64,000 nucleotides of DNA, from positions 11,415-75,414 of IMG/VR virus record IMGVR_UViG_3300043409_002246, one strand, 5' to 3'. Positions 39,901 to 46,454 of this stretch are shown one piece after another. The notes beneath the pieces were generated by a model, which worked only from the letters and a program-made list of their open reading frames with translations, had not been told where the DNA came from and did not search any database. Origin of the DNA: a virus. The position numbers and the translations under genes were made by a program. Within the stretch, counting starts at the first letter, position 1; the number at the start of each line of letters is the position of its first letter.

Positions 39901-42900
39901 CGCCCGTAAGTTTTTCGAGCGGACTCTAGCTGACGCGCCCCGACCTCTTCGGGGGACTGATCTGTTCAAAGCGGTTCAGGAATACGCCATCAAGTCGCAG
40001 AAGGCCGACGAATTTCTAGGATACCAAGCGGACCCCTCGGGAGCTTCCCTGAAGGGGTTGGAGATGGCGCCGGATCGAGTAGTTCGCTGGATGCAGGAAG
40101 CGGGCTACGATGGAGTTACCTACCTAGGCGGAGTCACCCGAAAAGCGACGTTCACTTCACTCGGAGAACACGCTGTCGCCGTGGCCTTCGCGCCGGAGCA
40201 AATCATCTCCCCCTACGAGAAGCCCGGGTCCGAGCCCGGCAGGTTCATGGCTGAGAAGGGCCGGCCTCTCACCGAGGCGGGCGAGGCACTCGAACGCAAA
40301 GGTTTATTTTTCACCGGCACGCGCGATCCGAAGGACGGTCTGACGGTTCTCCGATACAGCAACAGTTCCGGGGAGCCCGTCGCGGACATTTCCTTCCGGG
40401 CGGCGGACGGCGCCAAGTCGGCGACGGTCAACATGGTGTTCACCGACGAGACATATCGCCGGCTCGGCCTCGCGGAAGCACTCACGCGCGAAATGGGCGC
40501 ACGCTTGCAGGAGGCCGGAGTCACCGACTTAAAGGGCACCGCAGTTTCTAACAAGGAAGGCGAGTTTCCCGCCATCGGCCTGCGGAAGAAAGTTTTCGGC
40601 AACGTGGAAATCCGCCCCATCAAGGGCTTGGAGGGCACCGACAAAACCGTCGGGATGCAGGACATCCGCTCGAAAGTTGACCCGAACCAGAAGTTCATGG
40701 CGGAGAAAACTCAAGCCACGAAGGAGATTGAGTCCTCCGGTTTGGAGTTTTCGGAGAAGGGCAATACCCTGAAATTCAAGGATGGGAAAAAGACCGTGGC
40801 ATACCTTCGCTACTCTGTGAACGATGGAGAGGCGTATCTGGACGAAACCAAAACCGACGCCGGCTACCGAAGGCGGGGGTTGGCGGAAGCACTTTATCGG
40901 GAGTTGGGCTCCCGGTTGCAGAAGTCTGGCATTACGGTCCTCGACGGGGACGTGATTTCGGAGGCGCCTCTTCACTTGAGGAAGAAAGTATTCGGTAACG
41001 TCCAAGAGTCGGGAAAAGAATTGACGTTGTCTGTCCCGGAACCTCTACTTAATCAGAGGGACGCGCTGCTGGAAGAGAAACGCGGGCTGGAAAAAGTTCT
41101 GTTAGACGTGGAGAACGAGATCACCCGAGCGTGGAACGCGGGAGAGCGGAAGACGAGCGCGAAGAATGAACTTGCACTGAAACAAGCCGAAACAAACCTA
41201 GCGGCGGTTCGCCAGCGTGTCGAGGACTTCAACCGGGACAACCCCGGAGTTTTGGGGTTCCAGAAAAGTCCCCCGGGTCACGACGCTACTAAGAAATTTG
41301 ACGATCACGTATGGATGCAAGTGTCCTCCAAAGTTGACCCGAACCAAAAGTTCATGGCGGAGAAAACGTGGATCACCCGCGAAGGTGAAGTCGTGGACGC
41401 CAAGGGAGATCACGCACGCGACGCCGCCGAACGCCACGGCGTGAAGATCACGAACGACACGCGCGACAAGTCGGTCAACGCGGCGCTCGACAAGGGCGAG
41501 GTTCAGGCGGAGTTGATGGACAACACGCTCTACCTTTTTGCCGACGCTGCATCGTTCACCGAACTCAACCGCCGGCAGCGCGCGGCCATCGAGAAAGCAG
41601 CCCTCGAAGGCGGTCACGCAGTCGTTTACAACGGCAAGCACATTGAAGACTTCGGGCCGGCCATGAAGTTCATGGCGGACAAGGCTACCAACTCCCGAGG
41701 GTTGCCTCCGGCAGTCGAAAAGGACGTTAGGCGGGCGGCTAGAATTCTGCGAGCTTCCGAACAGCGCCTCCGGGACCTTCCCGACGGAGCTTCCCTCGAA
41801 CAACGGGACGCGGCAGTGGGAAGCCTGAGCAAGGCCGAGCAACTTCTGAATGATGTCAATCTCAACTACGATATTCTGGATTTTCCGGCGTTGGAGTGGG
41901 TGCGAAAATCACTTCGAGAACATGCCTCCGACTTGACCGACCTGCTAAACACCGAGCGCCGACCGGCGATAACCGAGGATGCGGCTTTAATCGGGCGACT
42001 CGCCGACGGCATGGATGATCTCCTAAAGCCCGCCTCCAAGTCCTTCATGGCGGACAAGTCTCCGACCGTGTGGATCACCCCGGACGGGAAGAAGGAGCCG
42101 CTGGGGGGAGTCCTGCACGAACACTACCTCGCGCAGAACTCCGATAAGCTCAACAAGAAGTTCGGCACCAAGTTCTCTGGCGAATACGATGAAGCGCAAC
42201 GGCTGAAAGCTTTGAACGCCGGATTCGTCCGGGTCCGATCCTCCGGGCAGGGCGACATGACGGTCGAACTGAACGAAAGATTTTGGGGCAAGCGCAAAGC
42301 CCAGCTTCTCGCCCATGCCCTCGACAACGTGGCCGAGATGAACTCGTTGACCGTGGACCTTCTCACCGACAAGGGCAAGCACGTCGCCGGAAACTACGCT
42401 GACGTGTATGTGTCCAAGGACCCGAGCCAAGCGATTCGGGACGTGTTTTCCGAGATGCTCCTGCCGACCGGGAAGCCGACGGTCAAGGAACCGACGGCGA
42501 TCCAGCGCGCCCGCGCGATGCGCGAGCCGCAATACATGGCGGACAAGGTCAAAGCGCCCGTAGTCGAAGATCAACTCGAACTCGGAAAGCCGGCGCCGCC
42601 GATTGACCGCTACAACCGGGAGTTCGTGAAGTCGCTCACGCTCGAACAGAAGAAAGAACATTTCCCCGAGGCGGTCGTAACCGCGCGCGACGCGGACGGA
42701 ACGCCGCCGTTAATCGGCTCCGACATTGTCGGCTCGCCGATGGTGAAGAAATATGGCGAGGCGGCTGCGATCAAGAAAGTCGGCGACAAGCTCGCGGCCC
42801 GTTACGAAGAATTCAAGAACGATCCGGCAGTCGAACTCGGGAGAACGTGGTATTCCCGTTTTACCGGCCCGCTGAAAAAGCACTTCGGCAAAGACGCTTC

Positions 42901-43810
42901 GCTGTTCGCGGAATTGCTGGCCGCGACCTCCCCGCAGACGCAGCCGAAGCAGAACTTCGAGACGGCGTATCACGCTTTCGAGCTTTACAAGGCTGGTTGG
43001 TTCGACGATCTGGTTGCCGGGTTTATCGAAGGGCTCGACAAGATTGAGTCCGGCGTGCTATATCAAGATTACGTGGACGCGGTGCCGGCGAGCAAGCGGC
43101 CCGCGAAGATTTCCGACGAGACTCTTCTCGGCTGGTGGATTGACAGCCAGAATTTGCGCCCGACGAAAGCGCCCCGGCTCAAAGGCAAAAGTCTGAGCAT
43201 CGAAGACGAAGTGCTTTTCAACGCCAATAGCGTCGCGGTGCTGAAGGTCGCGGCCCGGAAGTGGATGACGGAGAACACGGGACCGAAGACGAGCCAGTTC
43301 GTCCGCAACCTGCTTGGACTTGACCACGGCGCCACGATTGACCTTTGGGCCGACCGTTCGGTTCGCGAGGCGGCTTACTCCGACTTCGAGAAACGCTGGC
43401 GGATTCTTCCGGAGAACACCAAGGGCGTGTCCGACGTGGACTTCGACTTTTCTCAGGCCGCATTCAAGCACGGCGCGGACAAACTTGGTATGAAACCAAG
43501 TGAGTTGCAAGGCGCGCTCTGGTTCTTGGAAAAACGCCGTTGGGCGGAGAAAGGCTGGTCGCAACTCAATCTCGGCGATTACCTGCCGCACTTGCAGGAA
43601 CTCGTGGATGCCGGCCCGCTCTCCGAGGCGCTAAAGAACGTCCCCATCTCAAGGGCTAAAGCCTTGGCCGACGTGGTCATCGCGCGCAAGCAACTGGTGA
43701 AGGCGAAGGCGGAAGTCGCCAAGATCGAGCACGCCGAAGATTTGGCCATCCGCCGGGCGAAGTCGCGGCAGGAAACCTTTGCCCTTGACATCAAACCCAA
43801 AGCCAAGTAA
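33905..43810 (+). CDS. giant polyvalent internal virion protein (~3300 aa): HExxH peptidase plus nine [FY]MA[ED]K-delimited modules (radical SAM, ART-like, 2 GNAT, glycosylase-like, unknowns)
   Basis: HELAH..EELAAE; CRHKCTFC; FYHGS..GKGFYFTDNP..GYDGV; YRRxGLAEAL twice; LLAATSPQ..GPKT..TIDLW; last gene of the ejection cluster. Confidence 0.85.
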   Translation: MSSLIDTNRIADPAPEPLSMNIPDPGLAPLPAPPAGGFQMLPLPVAPVAPVAPAEPWSPPDEISGLPGTESWSPPDEISGIESAEQWSPPEADVALEKIRSYSPEKLAEMAEPERQALWAEVRDFAPPDDLKKLADASAKHRAIGLTPKIVAEGVAGTLGTLWKMGTSLVQAGWSATHLPGPSDIKKILKATSKDEALKILADVSTRSDAELVSGLSTASANAVILARDAIREIVNFEPPVGKALGIPGTRDILSAVTGTDLTKRLGADVSDPENFLEPEDNVKRFLNDFDAADAVNKTAEGQSVFSEWLGMDAAELKKQDIEINPEAIEGFGVALDITNLVPALGALKSLKVVKLAGVGNAAARSALVDEAGKVYLTTAKEGTALFMAQRLAQKAAAGVAAVGDAAAKFGKRAFQSKTVGAGAFGALAAGHAATAGKAAALAGGTMLSGKAVAGIARMAGSQTAINFATDVGVSALKGAKGGLLFGLPLAALTDDPEKQVAMATIAPAIGGVIGGAMGGATGIKRAALAKTEAINRTILKNAEQLGDVDPAQPHDLAVEGHEAVEAMHRENQSKIADDNSRNRVNIVRRLAEKLGRPMYVVTPDQFAALGVRAASGVADHPINGKPAMLVKLNPDGSLPALGHELAHPVLDSFKAENAPEGMAPEMVALRQRLHDELMASFRKRKVGAMEADMNSTLVKAVKAAQVALAERPESARLQIKLAEAQAALQKEGINLGQGAEELAAEALTVVMEGRGLTGDVKFTPENASAANRLFLSLLESLGLVNDQVLARLPEGMDRKSNVSPGQEVEHTQRSIRAAQALWDNFHDNPLIKEALADAGGTPEAPAAPDAPVAPVVPDNAAAIAARLAELKKSGTHTLAQKLLDKFNRGEVLTPDEQANFDTFFGKLNLGKPAQPVIAPVAPQPIPPVIRGVKPTPPFNPGSKELNGLNMPLGTDVPVNPVTPGAPPVIEAPSRRGQTSADFNNPARDAADAATAAQAERVAKSNLPKEAKSAFAKIAALPGALWKILHEGAKNEEGAAGMLDQRRRQVIQAARDNPALRDEANKYGWMKKSSEVTSGGEEILVGFNGEALLANALLAVKEIGFKKVPYLKDKVVGGELTGEGLRAIREDQLKYLQNQNAGFGGDGSKLVRGKETAQHVPAEDPNYTPQQLSSPDALDFINLTMGENTPISAKVYTKGTPVPILAADFAKANKKVGTPALGKDGQPLIYAKEPFAGQPIEGFNKLRADLEAQGVNFRDLKPASERLNVKNLRGAEVMENVSGMKPNVSVTTAAGFMAEKRAIQIEGPDGKMYDATFDGWQDFGKLKGWGQQAQITTLEKMPGFSDGTTTYEAALREAGYKVQDFGKPQTLKEDPAAHVPGEVSKRPDDTALKLPTPADAPVKLAGDDIGLTPARFMAEKVSGSEHTEQSPSYPDAIEKAKARGGNAWVRQTDSPTNADRVLLVQFAPELMYPNGPDPISTPYYEKLYSGVRKGFDKAPTFWEIPQWAAVAKNNLAKSDFYAVHNVAEAKAFLEKADYGRVAFSVMDVSKALTEELVPHIKGEVDLGGYTDRTAAAALSPKSHIWNSMNEFVEAQGVKYQKGFDYAHFRGTPIIPRMELSAGCRHKCTFCTIDRKVTNSPVSEVNAQVDSFSDLNAKLVYLNDKTFGQSPNVAEMPRIFKQMKEANPEFEGFVIQTTAAQMKLFKPEFLKEAGIKYVELGVESYNDSILKPLRKPANEKLIDEAVTKLRETGVNFIPNIVIGFPEETAATYAHTMDFLRKNEDIISHVNVYNLAVYEGTEISGKIKTKTAGDVDENTAAKSFHKDPALHAKFAKDVYDFATERLGKPAAFMAEKVARERTAEAHPSLKDETGMPKMFYHGSFKSKELIASGGWDIDKTKSGGLFGKGFYFTDNPGVAGGVPWRNSLRKLVGKSPEGYAMQPTSTNSFFEQKVNPAEGTPGVFPAYLDLRNPFIADKTYTGPEALALIEKLPPLPEGYGTARKFFERTLADAPRPLRGTDLFKAVQEYAIKSQKADEFLGYQADPSGASLKGLEMAPDRVVRWMQEAGYDGVTYLGGVTRKATFTSLGEHAVAVAFAPEQIISPYEKPGSEPGRFMAEKGRPLTEAGEALERKGLFFTGTRDPKDGLTVLRYSNSSGEPVADISFRAADGAKSATVNMVFTDETYRRLGLAEALTREMGARLQEAGVTDLKGTAVSNKEGEFPAIGLRKKVFGNVEIRPIKGLEGTDKTVGMQDIRSKVDPNQKFMAEKTQATKEIESSGLEFSEKGNTLKFKDGKKTVAYLRYSVNDGEAYLDETKTDAGYRRRGLAEALYRELGSRLQKSGITVLDGDVISEAPLHLRKKVFGNVQESGKELTLSVPEPLLNQRDALLEEKRGLEKVLLDVENEITRAWNAGERKTSAKNELALKQAETNLAAVRQRVEDFNRDNPGVLGFQKSPPGHDATKKFDDHVWMQVSSKVDPNQKFMAEKTWITREGEVVDAKGDHARDAAERHGVKITNDTRDKSVNAALDKGEVQAELMDNTLYLFADAASFTELNRRQRAAIEKAALEGGHAVVYNGKHIEDFGPAMKFMADKATNSRGLPPAVEKDVRRAARILRASEQRLRDLPDGASLEQRDAAVGSLSKAEQLLNDVNLNYDILDFPALEWVRKSLREHASDLTDLLNTERRPAITEDAALIGRLADGMDDLLKPASKSFMADKSPTVWITPDGKKEPLGGVLHEHYLAQNSDKLNKKFGTKFSGEYDEAQRLKALNAGFVRVRSSGQGDMTVELNERFWGKRKAQLLAHALDNVAEMNSLTVDLLTDKGKHVAGNYADVYVSKDPSQAIRDVFSEMLLPTGKPTVKEPTAIQRARAMREPQYMADKVKAPVVEDQLELGKPAPPIDRYNREFVKSLTLEQKKEHFPEAVVTARDADGTPPLIGSDIVGSPMVKKYGEAAAIKKVGDKLAARYEEFKNDPAVELGRTWYSRFTGPLKKHFGKDASLFAELLAATSPQTQPKQNFETAYHAFELYKAGWFDDLVAGFIEGLDKIESGVLYQDYVDAVPASKRPAKISDETLLGWWIDSQNLRPTKAPRLKGKSLSIEDEVLFNANSVAVLKVAARKWMTENTGPKTSQFVRNLLGLDHGATIDLWADRSVREAAYSDFEKRWRILPENTKGVSDVDFDFSQAAFKHGADKLGMKPSELQGALWFLEKRRWAEKGWSQLNLGDYLPHLQELVDAGPLSEALKNVPISRAKALADVVIARKQLVKAKAEVAKIEHAEDLAIRRAKSRQETFALDIKPKAK

Positions 43811-43813
43811 CTT
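43785..43813 (+). promoter_or_regulatory. promoter TTGACA-N17-TAACTT (leaderless for 43821)
   Basis: Motif overlapping the giant gene end; 7 nt to the ATG. Confidence 0.6.
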
Positions 43814-43820
43814 GTGACCT

Positions 43821-44012
43821 ATGATAAATGATAAGCTACCAGAGATTTCGGAGAAAGAACTGCCGGCGCTGATTGACGGTGCGCGGCAGGCAACCAGTTC
43901 CGGCCTCGACGGATTCATCCGCCGGGTGCTTGGTCTTGGCGCCGCAGATCAAGCCACGCTTGAACAATCACCCCCAAACGACGCGGTTGATAATCAACCG
44001 TCCCGCAGTTGA
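43821..44012 (+). CDS. hypothetical 63-aa protein
   Basis: ORF with its own promoter. Confidence 0.55.
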   Translation: MINDKLPEISEKELPALIDGARQATSSGLDGFIRRVLGLGAADQATLEQSPPNDAVDNQPSRS

Positions 44013-44037
44013 CAATTAACCGCCGCAGAGGCATCTT
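44009..44037 (+). promoter_or_regulatory. class A promoter TTGACA-N17-CATCTT (leaderless for 44044)
   Basis: Exact motif; 6 nt to the ATG. Confidence 0.8.
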
Positions 44038-44043
44038 AAATAT

Positions 44044-44643
44044 ATGATCGAACAACTCATGCCGGCGCCCAGCGCCGAAACCGAAGCGCCCGTCGAACCG
44101 ACTCAACCCGAGGCGGAAATCCCCGCGCTTGAAGAAGGCACCGAATTCCCCAAGGGCGGGCAACTCCTATTCCGCGCCATCGCCAACGGCCAAATCCCGG
44201 GCGCCTACGTGGCGGCGGGCTCAACCGGCGGCATTGATAACCCTCCGCCGAGAGAGGCGATCACCGGTATGGGGATCGAATTTTTCAAGCCGAAGGTGTC
44301 AACGGACGTAATGGCAGTGCTCTACAACCCGAAAGCCCTGAATGTCAAGGAGTTAACCCGCCTCGACGAGACGGGCAAGCTGACCGAGGTTTTCCCGAAC
44401 GCTGCCAGCATCGTTGGGAGCCCCGCCAGTGCGTCGGAGGATCAGACCAACCCGGACGGCTCGGTCGCTCCCAGCGTGCCGGAAATGCCCCAGCAGGTGC
44501 CAATCCAGCCACGGCAGGCCGCAGGTGGGGACCCGATGGCTGCACAGCGCCTCGCGGTGCTGAATAGTGGCGGTTCCCCCTCAAAAAGAGTCGTCCCCGG
44601 CGGCGGTGCCGTTCTGGACGGTCTAATGCGCCGCGCAGTCTGA
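44044..44643 (+). CDS. hypothetical protein
   Basis: ORF flanked by a promoter and a terminator. Confidence 0.7.
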   Translation: MIEQLMPAPSAETEAPVEPTQPEAEIPALEEGTEFPKGGQLLFRAIANGQIPGAYVAAGSTGGIDNPPPREAITGMGIEFFKPKVSTDVMAVLYNPKALNVKELTRLDETGKLTEVFPNAASIVGSPASASEDQTNPDGSVAPSVPEMPQQVPIQPRQAAGGDPMAAQRLAVLNSGGSPSKRVVPGGGAVLDGLMRRAV

Positions 44644-44674
44644 TTTCTGCCCTCCCCTCTGGTTGAAAAACCAT

Positions 44675-44705
44675 ACGCCGTCAGACGTGAGTCTGGCGGC
44701 GTTTT
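44675..44705 (+). terminator. intrinsic terminator ending the + arm
   Basis: ACGCCGTCAGAC-GTGA-GTCTGGCGGCGT followed by TTT. Confidence 0.75.
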
Positions 44706-44719
44706 ACTGAATGTCGCCT

Positions 44720-44749
44720 TGTTACAAGAAGTGGGAGCTTTTTGTAACA
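44720..44749. other. candidate attP core (12-bp inverted repeat, 6-bp spacer)
   Basis: TGTTACAAGAAG-TGGGAG-CTTTTTGTAACA (1 mismatch), between convergent terminators downstream of the integrase. Confidence 0.55.
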
Positions 44750-44815
44750 GAGACGATTTCCCGATCCGGCAAATGTCAATTTTCAAGAAATTAGCAGTAG
44801 ATTGATAGTTCAGCG

Positions 44816-44849
44816 AAAAGGCCGCTTTCACCGAGCGGTGAAAACGGCC
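44816..44849 (-). terminator. intrinsic terminator ending the - arm
   Basis: Minus strand GGCCGTTTTCACCG-CT-CGGTGAAAGCGGCC-TTTT. Confidence 0.75.
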
Positions 44850-44871
44850 AGAGTGAGGCAATCGTAGGATT

Positions 44872-44897
44872 TTATCTCATGGGTTCACCCTCCTTTC
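44872..44897 (-). other. strong extended SD plus two-codon minigene ATG AGA TAA
   Basis: Minus strand GAAAGGAGGGTGAACCC-ATG-AGA-TAA between the integrase stop and the terminator. Confidence 0.55.
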
Positions 44898-44910
44898 GCA
44901 CAGTTCCTTT

Positions 44911-45801
44911 TCAGAAATTCATCTTCGCGGCGGCGGAGCGCAGGTGCTCGTTGCTCAGGTGCCCGTAAACCTTCGACACCAGAATGCCGCCGTCGGAGTG
45001 GCCGAGCATCGCGGCCACGGTCATAAAGTCAATGCCGGCCATGACGGCGCGGCTGGCGAACGCGTGGCGCAGGTCGTGTAAACACATCGTCCCCAACCCA
45101 GCCGCGCGGCTGACCGCGCTGAAGACTGCCGAGGGGCTGATCCAGTGGCCGGCGCTGGTCCGGTCGGGCGAGGGGAACAGCCACTCATTCTCGTCGCGCC
45201 GCGAGGCATACATGGCTTTCAGGTGATCGAAAAGTGACTTGTTCATCACCACGACAACGTCCTTGTCGAACTTGGTGTGAAACACGATGGTTCGCTTGCC
45301 GAAGTCAACATCCGACCAGCGGGCGGAGATTCCGGCCTGCCGCCGGCAACCGCTATAAGCGACCAGCCGCAAGTAGTCCGCCAGCATCTTCCCGTTGCGG
45401 AACTCCGGTCGCTCCTTCCAATCCAAGCGGGTAGCCACGGTGCAGAGCCGTTCGAGCGCGTCGTCCGGTATCAACTCCCGGCGGGGCGTCTTGTGCTTTA
45501 GCGGCTTCCATTCCGCCGTCACCAAGGGCGCCTTGGAAAAGAGGCCCGTTTCCAAACCGAACTTTAGCACGTTGTGCAACGAGAGAATGTCGAGGTTGAC
45601 GGTGCGATTGCACACGTCCTCCCCCCGGTTCATCGCGAACTCGTTCAGGTCGGAGCGGGTGATCTGGTCCGCCTCGCGGTCGCCGTAGGCGGTGAGCCAG
45701 CGGTCGAGCGTGTAGCGTTCTTTCTGCACCGTCAGCGGCGACTTGGATCGCAGCCGGGTGACGGAGTCCAAGTATTTTTCAGACAGTTCTCGTAACTTCA
45801 T
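44911..45801 (-). CDS. int: tyrosine recombinase / integrase
   Basis: SGCR, TK, HDLRH, LGH, VYGH catalytic residues; no obvious arm-binding domain. Confidence 0.92.
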   Translation of the reverse strand: MKLRELSEKYLDSVTRLRSKSPLTVQKERYTLDRWLTAYGDREADQITRSDLNEFAMNRGEDVCNRTVNLDILSLHNVLKFGLETGLFSKAPLVTAEWKPLKHKTPRRELIPDDALERLCTVATRLDWKERPEFRNGKMLADYLRLVAYSGCRRQAGISARWSDVDFGKRTIVFHTKFDKDVVVVMNKSLFDHLKAMYASRRDENEWLFPSPDRTSAGHWISPSAVFSAVSRAAGLGTMCLHDLRHAFASRAVMAGIDFMTVAAMLGHSDGGILVSKVYGHLSNEHLRSAAAKMNF

Positions 45802-46001
45802 GCGCGTGCGAGGGTAGTGGTCTGGCCCCAGCGCGGGAAAAACCATCCCCGGACGGCCCATTCGTGGCGGGTGAAGGTTTTGCCGGTGGGACGCCGGTCG
45901 GTGATTACGCCCGTCTTGGGACAGACGCGGTAACTTTCCTCCGGGATGGAGCGTTGACGCGGAGCCGGCCTTGCCGGTCCTTTGCAGTGTTCAAGTTTCA
46001 T
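45798..46001 (-). CDS. 67-aa basic protein coupled to the integrase (possible directionality factor)
   Basis: Leaderless from the promoter at 46008-46036; stop overlaps the int start. Confidence 0.55.
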   Translation of the reverse strand: MKLEHCKGPARPAPRQRSIPEESYRVCPKTGVITDRRPTGKTFTRHEWAVRGWFFPRWGQTTTLARA

Positions 46002-46007
46002 GCAGTC

Positions 46008-46036
46008 AATTTACACGGGTCCCCGGCCACTGTCAA
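46008..46036 (-). promoter_or_regulatory. class B promoter TTGACA-N12-CCGTG-TAAATT
   Basis: 17-nt spacer; 6 nt to ATG 46001. Confidence 0.75.
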
Positions 46037-46043
46037 GCGCCAA

Positions 46044-46454
46044 TTAGCTCAACCCCGAGGGCGCGGTTTCGAGCGCGTCGTGCGGCTTCATTTTCACCTT
46101 GTTCACGGAGAGGAACATCATAACGTTGCGGACGATGTTCTCCGTAATCATGGCGATCAATTCCTCGCCGAGGCCGTTCGTCGCCGCCAACCGCAGCCGG
46201 CGGGTAACAGCGAGCGTGGCGTGCGTCGCTTCGTGCGCGACGAGCGGGACGTTGACGAAGTTCCGGCAAAAATTGAGCGTGGCAACCCGCTTGCGTTTTC
46301 GAGCATATCCGACGGTGCAGAATGCCCAAGTATCGTGGCCCCCGGGCCCGAAGGCTTTCTCGAAAGATTTCACCGACTCGTGCAGCACGCACGCGACGGT
46401 GAAGTTCGAGCAGTTGATGGCCCGGAAGGAGGTTCTTACTTTGGTAATCCTCAT
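46044..46454 (-). CDS. small HExxH zincin-like protein
   Basis: VAHEATHA followed by EELIA. Confidence 0.6.
   Translation of the reverse strand: MRITKVRTSFRAINCSNFTVACVLHESVKSFEKAFGPGGHDTWAFCTVGYARKRKRVATLNFCRNFVNVPLVAHEATHATLAVTRRLRLAATNGLGEELIAMITENIVRNVMMFLSVNKVKMKPHDALETAPSGLS

Noticed and set aside
44881-44897. 16S rRNA 3'-end fragment (TCACCCTCCTTTC)
   Set aside because: Only a short imperfect match; better explained as an SD on the minus strand.
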